Positions 23,935-35,522 of a stretch of 64,000 bases of DNA are shown one piece after another. The stretch is from Utricularia gibba (taxonomy: Eukaryota > Plantae > Magnoliophyta). The notes beneath the pieces were generated by a model. The model was not told the DNA's origin and ran no database searches. It worked only from the letters and a program-made list of their open reading frames with translations. A program made the position numbers and the translations under genes. Numbering within the stretch: the first letter of the stretch is position 1; the number at the start of each line of letters is the position of its first letter. The stretch covers positions 806,001 through 870,000 of the forward strand of contig NEEC01000014.1 in the NCBI GenBank assembly GCA_002189035.1. The letters run 5' to 3'.

Positions 23935-25091
23935 GTTAGGAAGGAAACCCTAGAGAACTCGGTGAAGACTCAGGAAGGGAAAGCGCTGGGTTTTATAGCA
24001 GAGGATTGGGGATCCCGATGCCTGGATTACAGATAGATTGCCACCATGGGAGGGCATTGAGCTGGTCGGCAATGGGAACAGTGATAGCAGCAAGACAACA
24101 AAAACCCCTCATCATGCTTTCCAAAGAGGGCATTGGTTTTTTCTGTATATCGTTTGAAGCCTTAGCTGGAGAGTTGTTCGATGCCACCCCACAGTCACGA
24201 GAGGCCTGTCCAGTACTACACAATTCTCTGCACTCATCAATTATGGAATGCTTCACTCGAAACAGAAGCTCTGATTTTTCAAGATGAATCTTCACGTTAC
24301 TTGAAACTCACCTGATGATGAGTTTTCCATTTTATTACACATTCTATCCCTATCGTTGCAGACCAGTTCCATAGAATGGCCATGGCTGCGTACTCGAGGA
24401 GATGCATTCTCTAGGCAAATTTATGTCTTCTCCTTCATGGGAGTCTCGATGCTTGTTTCCCCTGCAGTAATCTAATGGCATCTCTTACAATTCAACCCTA
24501 CAAAATGGTCCAAGCTGTTCTCCTACTCACATGGCCTTCTGATCATGGAAAAGAAACCCTAACCCACACAGAATCATAAAATAAGAAGACCCACATGAAA
24601 GATCAATCACGTATGGTTCATATTCCATCAACAATCTTTTCCAGTGACAGTCATGGTATCGTTGTAAAGCAGATCTTGATTGTTTGTATTCATGTCGGCA
24701 GCAAAGCCAACTGGGACATTGCTTGTTTTCTTCAAGATCATCCAAATGAGCAATCATCGGGAAACACTTTATTCTCAAAACACAGTTAAATAAAAATGCA
24801 TGTGATTAGTGATTTTTACCTTTCTGATGCACGCCACTAATCACGAAACAAACAACATCGAAATTTATAAACCGTGTTCTTGCATTGCTTTTGTTTTGTT
24901 TTTTTCTTCATGGTGGTTAGCTACTCGTTTGACCTCCAGTGCTTCTCCTGTCTTCGTTTCAGACTGTTGAACAGAAACAATACCGGAAACTTGGTCACCC
25001 TCTTCGAGTAACTATTTGCTTCTTCAACTGCTTTTTTGTTTACTTCTCCATTTGTTTTTTTTTCTTTTTATCGATTTGGACAAGGAAAATA

Positions 25092-25134
25092 ACAGTTCAC
25101 TGTACTACAGACACACACACACACAGTTCACTGT
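25092..25134. repeat. (AC)7 microsatellite flanked by a 12-bp direct repeat ACAGTTCACTGT
   Basis: Direct-repeat copies at 25092-25103 and 25123-25134; AC run at 25111-25124. Confidence 0.8.
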
Positions 25135-25559
25135 TTTCTTCTCTATCTACTTTTTTTTTTTAATTGACGTGATTCGATGCAGTTCTGAAGACATTACTTT
25201 TAAAAATCAAGTGTGAATCGGCACAGATCAAATCTTTGTCCAACATTTTTGAACAGCTGAGTTGCATAGAATTTTCAGGATGCACAGAAGTCTAAAAGAA
25301 ATGAAGCCAAACTGCAATTGAGGGATGTAAAGAAAAGTATGCAACTTCCTTGCCTATTGTGCGCCTGGTGCAGGATTTGTGGCCAAAGCACCAACTCAAC
25401 CCTGAAAATGATCGTGCACTAACTCAGACACATTCTGATACATGAAAAAGGCTGCAAAACACAGCTGCTCTCTGTCTACAGTTAGGCATTCCATTTGCAT
25501 TGCAAGCATGGAGTAGTTACGGAGAGGGCAACTCACCTAAGGTAACTTCACTAATCAGT

Positions 25560-27587
25560 TCAATATCGGTTATAAGGTGGTCTTCCATTGTCATCGCGAC
25601 TGTGATGCTGGAACTCGTGATAAGAGTCATGGGGTCTGGAAGGGTAATTATCCACGGTGTTTGGATACTTGATCCTTGAATGTACACTGGTTGCAGGATG
25701 ATGAAAACTTCCTGATGCGTTATCAAATTCGGAATATCTTGAATGCTCGTACTCTGATGAGGAAATTGCCTTCATTATCTTTTGCCTTCGTTGACTCTCC
25801 AGATGTAGGAGCTCTGCCCACATATTTGAATGAGAAGCCTTCAGCATGGATACCTTCTCCATGTAACGTTCCCCCATTTCTCTTACAGTCTAGCATTCAA
25901 AAAATGTAACATAAGAAGCAGGGAATATCTGAGATAATAACTCACAGTACTGAATTGGAAGACAGTAAATCAAACGTACAACAATAAGAATTTGCAGAAA
26001 TGAACCTGTCGGTGCCTGGAATTTTCATCATCCTCTTCTTTGTCTCGAATTTTTGTGAGTTCCATTGCTTCTCTTTTGTAATGCAACTCTAGTTCTTCCA
26101 AAGTCTTTGAGTAGTCAAAATTCTGATATGGCTGCATGCTAGACCCACCAGTCTCATCGTATCCATCAGACCTAAAGCCACCCCTACCCTGAGCACTGCC
26201 TTCATACAAATTACAAGAGTTCATCCCATAAGAAGGATGTGCCGGAGACTTTGAGTTGCTTGATTGCCGTTTACCTCCATCACTATTATGAGCTTCACCA
26301 AAGGAAGATCATGTTAACCACCTCAATCAAATCTCTAACAAGGGGTGCAGCTCTAAATGAGAGATTATCTTAAGTCCTCTTATTCAATCCATCTTGGAAA
26401 CCAACGGTGATATGCTTTCAATAAAAATATTCAGGAGACCAGCCTATTCAGCTCAAACCACCACGACAGTAATAGGAGAAACGAACATAATGCTTGAGCC
26501 AAAGAACTTACCTCTTGCTGCAAAAAGAGAATGAGAACAAACAGGGTCATGATTTTAAAAAACAAAGAAGCATCATGAGGCATATGCCTATGAAATTAAT
26601 TCAGAAAATGTGCAATGTCACACTCATTGTCACCTACCATAGGGTGAACCACTTGAAAACTTCTGTAAGCCTCCACTGACAGAGTTCTCTATAATTTTTT
26701 CCTGCCTGCTATACCTGTTTGGATGATACGGAGCACCATGCGGACTGCGATTAGAACTTCGGGACTCAGATCGGCCTAGACGAGATGCTGCCGGACTCCT
26801 TTGCCCTAATGACCTGGAATGGTCTACTGGGGAGCTTGAATGGTGTTTGGCGTCTGGCTCATCCAATGGTTTCTGAAAATCCTTCCTAGCAGCATTTCCT
26901 TTAACTTCATGAACAGCATCCACACCTTTTTTCAGGATGAGCCTATCTTTTCCACTCACAATGATAAATTTCTCTTCAATTTTTATTTTACAACCAACAT
27001 CACTCTCTATTTTTCGAACCACTTCCTGAGTGAATAAAGCTTTCACATGAGGATCTCTTGCCGGAACTCTCTCGAAAAAATCTTGTGACTTTCGATTTGC
27101 TCCAAGAGTGGACGGGCAACCCTGAACACAGAAGGAAAGTGAGTAATCCCCATATATGTTACTTTCTTTCTACTTTCTTCTTCCAAGAGAGTACATTTAT
27201 ACAAAATGGTAAAGAGGCACTAGGAAAATCTAGAAGCCAGCAACAGAGCTGATTTGACATTTCAGAAGACCAACAAAAAATTACCTGAGTAAAATGTCCA
27301 GATTCACCACAAATCTTGCATATCATCTCTTCCTCTTTCCTTTTTTTCCAGTTCCTCTCGGTAGCTTTCGATTTCGCCTCCCAAACTTTAGCTTCCCGGC
27401 TAGTAAAATCTGTTGGGACAGCATAAGGATCACAGGCTTCCACTTCTTCATCCAAATCAGCATTGGATCTTTTCACTTGCGTAGTTTTCTCTTGCACAGT
27501 AGTAGCATTGAACCCCACAGGCCCAGTATACGCCTTATAAATGTCACTAAAGTCATCGTCATCATCCAAGTCTCCTCTACTGGACAT
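25560..27587 (-). CDS. CCHC zinc-knuckle / KH-like domain protein (At3g62330-like)
   Basis: MSSRGDLDDDDDFSDIYKAYTGP...DFTSREAKVWEAK...CKICGESGHFTQ (CX2CX4HX4C split by an intron), then KIESDVGCKIKIEEKFIIVSGKDRLIL; last exon ends RPPYNRY*. Confidence 0.85.
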
Positions 27588-27951
27588 CTCCCACGAAACA
27601 CTGCTATTCACAAACTGATACAGCACCCAGGAGAGATCAACAAATAAATTTCCCAGTTCACATACTCGAAAACACGTAACAAAAAAAAAGAACACCAAAA
27701 GCAACAATGTTAGTATCCTGGCTTAACCTAGCGCACAGGTAATTGTAACAGCCGAAACCCTTTTCACTAAGTAGTATCTTGCACTACAAGACGAATAATT
27801 TCAATCTTTGGCACTAAAATTTTGGGGAAAAAAAAGAAACAAACAAACGTACAGGGTCGCTGTAACCGCGGAACCGGCGGCGACGACTGATTCCAGAAGA
27901 AATGAACTGGAGCAAGGAAGACCGGAGAGGTGAAGTAAAACAGATTCCCTT

Positions 27952-28011
27952 GGCCCAAAAATCCTCTATTGGGCCACATATGGGCTTCTTTGGCATGCTG
28001 TTTTATGGGCT
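27952..28011. promoter_or_regulatory. Site II (TGGGCY) cluster upstream of the zinc-knuckle gene
   Basis: GGCCCA 27952-27957, TGGGCC 27970-27975, TGGGCT 27981-27986, TGGGCT 28006-28011. Confidence 0.65.
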
Positions 28012-29387
28012 GGAGAAGTAATATAATATTCACTAAATGGGCGCCCACTGTAATTTTTTTTACCACTAATAAAAATGGCTGTAAAAAACAGAAGGGTAAA
28101 AAGGGGAAAATCGTTCTTTCATCTCAACCGCTGGTCTACTCATCTGCCTCGTCGCGGTCGCTGTCGCCGGAGATCCCGATCTGGAGCCCGGCTACGCCAA
28201 ATGATGGATCTACATTTGATGCATTCCGCAGGAATTCAATCTCCACCTCCTCTCCAACCGTTCCAGTTGCCCTCTCTTCGGCGATTTCTGCTTTTACGTC
28301 ACCAGCCATGGCCGTGTAAAGAAAACCCGCAATTCCTCACACAGCTGGTACAGAACAGAACCATTCAGGCTTGAGCTCTTCCTCCATCGACGATGCAGGA
28401 ATACCCATGCCTCGTTTCTGATCCCTATCTTGCGGTCGCGGACGCTTTTTTTTGTTCTTTATTACGCCGAAATCGACGCCATCAGGTATATTTCAGCTCT
28501 AAAGTGGATTCTCGTGAGATATGGCATCGGTTCCATTGCCGCGGCCATTTCTTGGTCACAGCGTCAATTTTTGAAGCCAGAGCTTATCCATGGCACGAGT
28601 AAGCAATTCCTTATCCCACATCATTTCATCCAACACTTGTGCTTTTGGAGTCGTGGATAAACAGCGTGAGTAGATAGAAAAGAAGCACATTGATGCTTCG
28701 TTGGTGGTGGTGGAATGTCTGGAAATCCTAATGCACGGAGAAGCATTAGATTGGAATGTGATGATGTGACTGGTCTGAGCACCATTGGGGCTGGATACAA
28801 CAAGTTCTGTGAGTTTGTGCATCGCTCGAATGGCGTATGGGAACATGATTCTATCAGTGAGAGGAAGCCATTGCTAGATTCTCAGTGTTCATTACCGGAG
28901 GAGGAGGTGGTAAGATCATAGATCTTCTTATGGGAATTCCGAGGAGCAAAAGTTGTGGGAGATGATTCCCCCAGTTATGAGCAGAAAACATGGGAGTTCT
29001 CTGGGGTGAGGATTCACAAGGATCCATTTGATATTGCTGTTGAGGGAGCTCTTGAGGGGATCAAATCAAGAACTCAACAATTTTTGCTTCAAGGTTAGAA
29101 AGAACTTGCTCTTGTAATGTATTTTCCTTCACACAGATTCTTCCCATTTGCCACCGACTTCTTCAGTTTTAGAGCACTTGAAATAGGGGGAGTGACGAAT
29201 ACGACAGCTTTTTCTAATGCTGTGCTTTGGTTCAGGACAAGACTTTTTTGTTTTTGGTTGATTTGTTTTCACCAACTTGATCTATCAGAGCATAGCTGCA
29301 GCAGATCACATGGACAGTTGTAATTCGCTCTCGCGAGTACTCCAGAAGGAACCAAACTCAACTTTGAGAAAAGAGAGATTCCTGGAA

Positions 29388-30872
29388 ATGGCACCGGCCG
29401 TCGGAGAAGATGAGCGATACCGCTGCCGCCATATCGTGATGCTTCCTTTCATGGCGCAGGGGCATCTTATCCCCTTTTTAGCCTTAGCCCGTAAGCTCCA
29501 CTCACAATCCAGCATCTCCATCACAATTGCCAGCACCCCCCTCAACATCCAATACCTCAAAGCCTCGTCCCCCGTCTCGCCGGAAATCAACTTTTCCGAG
29601 CTCCCCTTTACCGCCTCCGACCACGGCCTACCACCCAACGCCGAGAACACCGAGTCTCTACCCCTTTCCCAGATCATCAATCTCTTCTACGCCTCCACTT
29701 GTCTAAAACCACACGTCCATGCCCTCGTCGGAGAAATTACAGCTAGAGAGGACAGTCCCCCGCTCTGCATCATCTCCGATATATTCCTAGGCTGGGCTAA
29801 TGAGGTTGCCGATGCTTTCGGTACCGTCAATATCACTTTCAACACCGGTGGAGCGTATGGTATGGCAGCTTACTCAGGGGTGTGGCTAAATCTTCCTCAG
29901 AGGAAAGCTGCAGAAAACGGGGAGTTCATGGTGCCGGGTTTTCCAGAATCTTGTCCGTTCCATGTTTCTCAGCTACATCGATTTCTCATGGCCGCTGACG
30001 AGACTGATCCGTGGTCGAGATTCTTCCAAACCCAAATTGGTTACAGCATGAAATCATCTGGGTGGCTGTGCAACACAGCGGAGGAGATTGAACTCCTCGG
30101 ACTGCAAGTTCTGAGGAGAAACACAAATTCCCCAGTTTGGCCAATCGGCCCTCTTCTCCCACCCAGAAAGTTGTCTAAAAAATTCGACAATACAGAGCAG
30201 CATAGTGGAAAAAAGCTGGGGATTTCGACGGAGGAATGTTTTCGATGGCTGGATTCTCACCCAGAAAAATCCGTCCTATTCATATGCTTCGGTTCACAGA
30301 ACACAATCAGTGAAACCCAAATGATGGCGCTTGCAAAGGGACTGGAAGAATCAAACTTCCCATTCATCTGGATTATCCGTCCCCCACTGGGATTCAACGC
30401 AAAAGAGAAGTTCCGATCGGAATGGTTACCTGAGGGATTCGCAGAACGAAACAACAAGGGATTGCTGGTGCAAGGATGGGCGCCGCAGCCGCAGATTCTA
30501 AGCCACCCATCCACAGCAGCCTTTCTTAGTCACTGCGGGTGGAATTCAGTGATGGAGAGCTTAAGCCAGGGAGTACCGTTGATCGCGTGGCCGATAGCGG
30601 CGGAGCAAGGGTTTAATGCAAAGATGCTGGTAGAAGAATTAGGAGTTTGTCTAGAGATCGCAAGGGGAGTGGAGAGTAGCGTGACCTCAGAGAAGGTAAG
30701 GAATGTGATCGAGGAGGTTATGCGCTCAGAGGAGATACGGAGAAACGCAAAGAGAATCGGAGAATTAATCGGCGCGGCGGTGCCCGGCAACGGAGAAATG
30801 GGCACTTCCGATAGGGCTGTGGAGGAGTTTTTGGCGTACGTTAGCTCGAGAAAATTTCCAATTGGACCTTAA
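29388..30872 (+). CDS. UDP-glycosyltransferase, UGT92A-like (494 aa, intronless)
   Basis: HIVMLPFMAQGHLIPFL (catalytic His), CIISDIFLGW and PSPG box WAPQPQILSHPSTAAFLSHCGWNSVMESLSQGVPLIAWPIAAEQ. The ATG at 29388 is preferred to the non-ATG start in the ORF track. Confidence 0.93.
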   Translation: MAPAVGEDERYRCRHIVMLPFMAQGHLIPFLALARKLHSQSSISITIASTPLNIQYLKASSPVSPEINFSELPFTASDHGLPPNAENTESLPLSQIINLFYASTCLKPHVHALVGEITAREDSPPLCIISDIFLGWANEVADAFGTVNITFNTGGAYGMAAYSGVWLNLPQRKAAENGEFMVPGFPESCPFHVSQLHRFLMAADETDPWSRFFQTQIGYSMKSSGWLCNTAEEIELLGLQVLRRNTNSPVWPIGPLLPPRKLSKKFDNTEQHSGKKLGISTEECFRWLDSHPEKSVLFICFGSQNTISETQMMALAKGLEESNFPFIWIIRPPLGFNAKEKFRSEWLPEGFAERNNKGLLVQGWAPQPQILSHPSTAAFLSHCGWNSVMESLSQGVPLIAWPIAAEQGFNAKMLVEELGVCLEIARGVESSVTSEKVRNVIEEVMRSEEIRRNAKRIGELIGAAVPGNGEMGTSDRAVEEFLAYVSSRKFPIGP

Positions 30873-31226
30873 CGTTCTTCGGCCCAGTTCCAGTCTGTGA
30901 TTCCTTGGGCCGTCCTTCTTAGGCCCAATTACTGCAATTTCTTATGCTAAATAAATGTATGTATTTTTATTTAAAAATTTCAAAAATAATTATGTAATGG
31001 AATCTGTTTTCCGAAACGAGCGTCTTCTTGTTCTACATCGGAGGTTTGAAGTTAGCGAGCGGCGATTCATCGATGGCGACTTTCGATGTTTTTGAGAATT
31101 TGATTCCGTGATGTTGAGTTTATGAATGTATCCTTTCTACTTGAGAACTGATTCATGGGCTGTAGTGAGAAGTGATGTACAAGAGATATCAAGGGTATCG
31201 AACAACTTCTGCGGGTGATTCTCACA

Positions 31227-32639
31227 ATGGCTGCTGCTGGAGAAGCATTCAGAAAAAGAACCAGAAAAGAAGTTGAATGATATTAGATTTTCGTTGTTTC
31301 TTGTATTTTTTGGTTAAGGATTCTGTTTATCATTTTCCAATTCTCAGTGTAGGTTCTGGAGCAGAAGAAGGCAAGAGAGAGTACAATCAAGGCTGCTGCT
31401 TCCATAACTGACCATCTCTCGGATTTCCCTAATTTATGCTATTATCAAAGAAATGGTTAGTTTGTTACTTTTTGCCTGAATATGCTTGGTTTTCATGTGC
31501 TTTGCTGTGAAGGAAAGGAAATTTTGGAATTGAGAGAATTTTCTTGTGATCACGCTGATCTATCTTGGTGTTAATTCTGGAGACCTGGCATACGTTTTTA
31601 TGTTGGATTTGTATTTGCTGCTCGTTGTGTTGGTACCCTTCTTGATCCTTCACGTGGCTTTTTATGTTGAGCCTGATCACTGTACTTCAAGGAATTGATG
31701 TACACCTCAAGTCTGGACGTGGTGATAAGCTTACAATTCAAACAAAGAAGGTCATAAAATCCCTCCTGAAGGTAGCCTACGACCTGTCTGAAATCCAGCT
31801 TTTTAAAGATTTCTTATTGATGAAGATGTCATGTAAAAGCGAAACATGGAAGCACCTTATGGACCTGAGTGGCCATCTGAAGAAAAGGTCAAGCATCGGG
31901 AAATGGTCTCGGCCGAGGCACACTACATATTTATGTATGCACTCTCTGATGAGAACGCTAAACTATCTGATTTAGAGGGCAAAAACTTGAACACTTGCTA
32001 TGATGCCATTGTTGGTTTTGTGCACTACCGGTTTATTTTGGAGGAAGAAGTGCCTGTGCTTTATGTTTATGAACTGCAGCTGGAACCTCATGTTCAGGGA
32101 AAGGGGCTTGGACAGTTCCTGATGCAACTGATTGAGCTAATTGCTCGCAAGGTGCTATACGCATATTTCCATCAATGCTTTATTAAGTATGCCTTGTCAG
32201 TGATGCATTGATCATGTCGATGATCAGTACAAAATATGATGAATGAGCGAGCTCACTGCTGCTCCTCTTTTCAGAATGGTTTGGGAGCTGTAATGTTAAC
32301 AGTGCAAAGAAAAAATCCTTCTGCAAGGAACTTTTATATGCATAAGCTCAGGTACCATTCACGCTTCTCATTACATATCATAGCCAGGTATATACCCTGT
32401 TTTCAAGAAAACATGGTCCTGGATGCTCTACACCTTTCAGTTGTTCTGGTTAACAGGTACACAGTTTCTGCAATTTCGCCTTCATGGACGGAAGCAGAGG
32501 TAAGAGCATCTTATGTGTTACTCGAACAAGACATTTCTTTGATAAATCGATGTTGATGTAGATGGAGAACCATAGAAGCTATGAGATTCTTTCCAAAACA
32601 TTTGAGGAGGAAGCTCAAGACAATCTGCATCAGAGGTGA
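31227..32639 (+). CDS. NAA40: N-alpha-acetyltransferase 40 (NatD, histone H4/H2A N-acetyltransferase)
   Basis: Exons encode VLEQKKARE..., GIDVHLKSGRGDKL, NMEAPYGPEWPSEEKVKHREM, VGFVHYRFILEEEVPVLYVYELQLEPHVQGKGLGQFLM (GNAT acetyl-CoA motif), VMLTVQRKN and SYEILSK. The 5' end is uncertain; homology is secure from 31353. Confidence 0.85.
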
Positions 32640-33126
32640 TCGAAATATGTGTTCCCGTGATGGTTGCTCCAGGAAGCATAATGGAATAGAGAATGCTCTG
32701 TCTGTTGACTCAACTCAACAGCTACATGCTGGAAAGTTCAAATTCTTTCGTAAACGAAGATCAAGAGCTGGGCAGAAACAAAGAACTTAGAATTTCTCTT
32801 CCTTTAGCCCAGCGTTGTCGAATTTGCAGTTCTTTGCACACAAAAATCCAACCATAAAAAGTTCATCTTTAACTCAGGGATGATTTGGGTGGTGTTTGTA
32901 GTAATGAATAGCTTGAATATCCATTTCCATAAGAGATCAGCAAGTTAACATTTCTGTGATTAGCTGCAAATACGGTTGCACAGAATGAGGTTCAAACCGC
33001 GTTCTGTACCACTCAAAGAACACAAGAATCAAAGAATGGAATCTATCTCTCTTGTCAAATCTAGCACCCTTAACTCCAACTACATACCCCTCCTACTGAT
33101 TCCCTGTTATGCTCTGAAGTTCTCGA

Positions 33127-34049
33127 TCAACAAACCGCAATCACTATCTTTGAAGCTACAGCTTCTTCTGCATCTTCTTCCTTTCTACAACGTTTTCCCA
33201 CATTATCTAGTTCCACTTTTGGACGCCGAGCCATTTCAAAAATAAATTGATCAAGAGCTTCTTTCATCCACGAATGCGCACAAGCGTCTCTGGCTTCTGT
33301 AACACTCATCTGCAAAGGCATGGACGCAAACCCAAATCAGCATTTGCTTCTAAACTCTAGATTTGATGCCATTGTGACTGCAAGAAGAGTTATGCGTCGA
33401 CTTACCCAAACTCGGTGACGAACATTTTTCTCAGGCCAATCATCTAGTTCCTCAGTGACCAATAAAGAGAACATTGATCCCTTGTGAAACTTCTCCTGGC
33501 TTTTGCTCTTGAAAATCCATTCACCTAACTTGACCTCAAGTTTGCCAACAACGCCAGATTCCTCTAAGGTTTCCCTTGAGGCAGCAAAATGGATATCCTC
33601 ATCAAGCTCCCAACCACCCTATTGATTTTTTCCAAAACAAGCAACTTCAGTATACCATTCCAATTAAATGATCAATTGAGCTTCACTTCTGCAGGATAAA
33701 CGTTTGTTTACCTTAGGGAACATCAATTTGGAGCTCTTCTGGGAACTAATCAACAGAACCTCTACATCTTCAAGAGAATTAGGACGTGATTGAAGAGATA
33801 CCGTGGGACTAGTTCTTCTGTATGGTATACATCTACATAATTCACAAACGGAAATATTAGACCTTTACCAACACCCAGATGAGGAAATGCCAAAAACACC
33901 TACAAAAAACAAACCCCAGAAGGGAAAACCGAAAGAGCAAAATAAGATACATACCCAACAACTAATCGCAACCCATTGTTGTATCGCTGCAAATCTCTAC
34001 CAGAACGGGGAGGCGAAGAAGCCAACTCCTTGATTTCCATAGACATCAT
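33127..34049 (-). CDS. Nudix hydrolase, NUDT17/18/21 (diphosphoinositol polyphosphate hydrolase-like) clade
   Basis: Four exons: RSGRDLQRYNNGLRLVVG|CIPY...EVLLISSQK...MFPK|GGWELDEDIHFAASRETLEESGV (complete Nudix box)...WPEKNVRHRVW|MSVTEARDAC...WMKEAL. Confidence 0.92.
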
Positions 34050-35522
34050 TATACTCAAAAAAATAGAATCCCAGAAATCAACCAAAGCTCTGGGCTAATC
34101 GAACCAAAATTTGCGTTTTGTGTTGAGATTCTTGAACCGAAGGATATGGGTGTTCTGCAGTTACGCTGGCAATTGGGTTTTATAGGAGCGTGAGCTGATA
34201 AGCTTCATAATAAATTAATACTCGTGTCGTGTTTCGTTCGTGTTTCCATTTCCTCCATGATTGATTCCATCTTCCGCATAAGGAAGACCTCATTGGACTC
34301 AGCAGCTCATTACACGTACGGGTCCGAACTGAAAAACCGGTTGTACCCTGAGTACCTTATTTTATTATATTATTACAACATTATAAAACCTAATAAGCAA
34401 AGTTAAATCCAAAATATAATTCCGGTCTTTTCTAATCATCTTTTTTTAAAAAAATTCAAATAATCAATTTTTTGTGAAAACGATATTTATTTATTATTAT
34501 CTTAAATGAGTTTTTTTAATCTAAAATTTTTTTATCTGTTTTAAATATGCAAGAATTACATATTTGTATAATAGTTTTTTGTGTTATTTTAAATAATTTA
34601 TAAAATATTGAAATGGGCGACGCGAGGAGTGTCCGCGTCGGGTCCGCGTCCCGCCGGAGTTTGGAGGTCCAAGGTCCGTGTCGTGCGCATCTTGGATACG
34701 GCGTGCATGTGTAATAATAGTCTTTACGTGTCTTGTCACTAAGGTGAGTGAACTTGGTGCAGTTACGCAGAAGGTGAAGAAGAACCAGAAGAAGAAGAAG
34801 ATTATGGCGGAATCGCAGAAAGAACAGTTCTTTCGAACTTCTTTCGAAGCTTTGTTGGACAACCTATTTGGGAAAGGTGGAAGTAGCATGTGGCTATGGC
34901 GGCGGAGCAGTTTTAAGGCAGAGGAGCAGTGAAAATGGATCGAAAATGGGCGACCCTGTGAGCACAACGTGATTTTACAGGGAAATGGGTGACAAAGAGG
35001 GACACTCGCACTTATTGGTATCGCTTATCCCTTAGCTGGCCGTGCGTTGCATGGTTCTTCGTCTTCTTCCTCTTGAATTAGCTGGAATGAAATGATTGCA
35101 ATTACAGAAACCGGAAACAATGTTGGACTACTCAGCATCCCCCACCGTGACAAAACTTCCAAAATCATCATGTGCCATGAATGTACTCTCCCCGAATAAG
35201 CGTTTTACATTCAAAAATATGCGCATCTATAGATATTCCCTGGTCCGCTTTCTTGTCTTTGATTGTGTACGCATATGCGTCGCTCTCTGTGTATCCAGAC
35301 GCTGTAGCCTTTCCCTTTTCCTTCTGATTCATACCCATTTCCCTATTCTCACTGCGAGGGTCTCTCTGTTTTCTCCTATCCATCTAACTCTATATTGTTT
35401 ATTCTCTGAAAGGAACGGTTTGTTGTTCATTAGCCTCACGACAAAAATCTGGGTTTTCTTTGAGAGGAAATTTGAAAAAGGAGGAGGTGTTGTCGAGAGT
35501 CAATTCCAATTCCACAGGTTTG

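Noticed and set aside
21351-23953. Similar plus-strand ORFs (136 and 150 aa) opposite both HyPRP genes
   Set aside because: Their similarity simply follows from the paralogous sense genes and their GC-rich codon usage.
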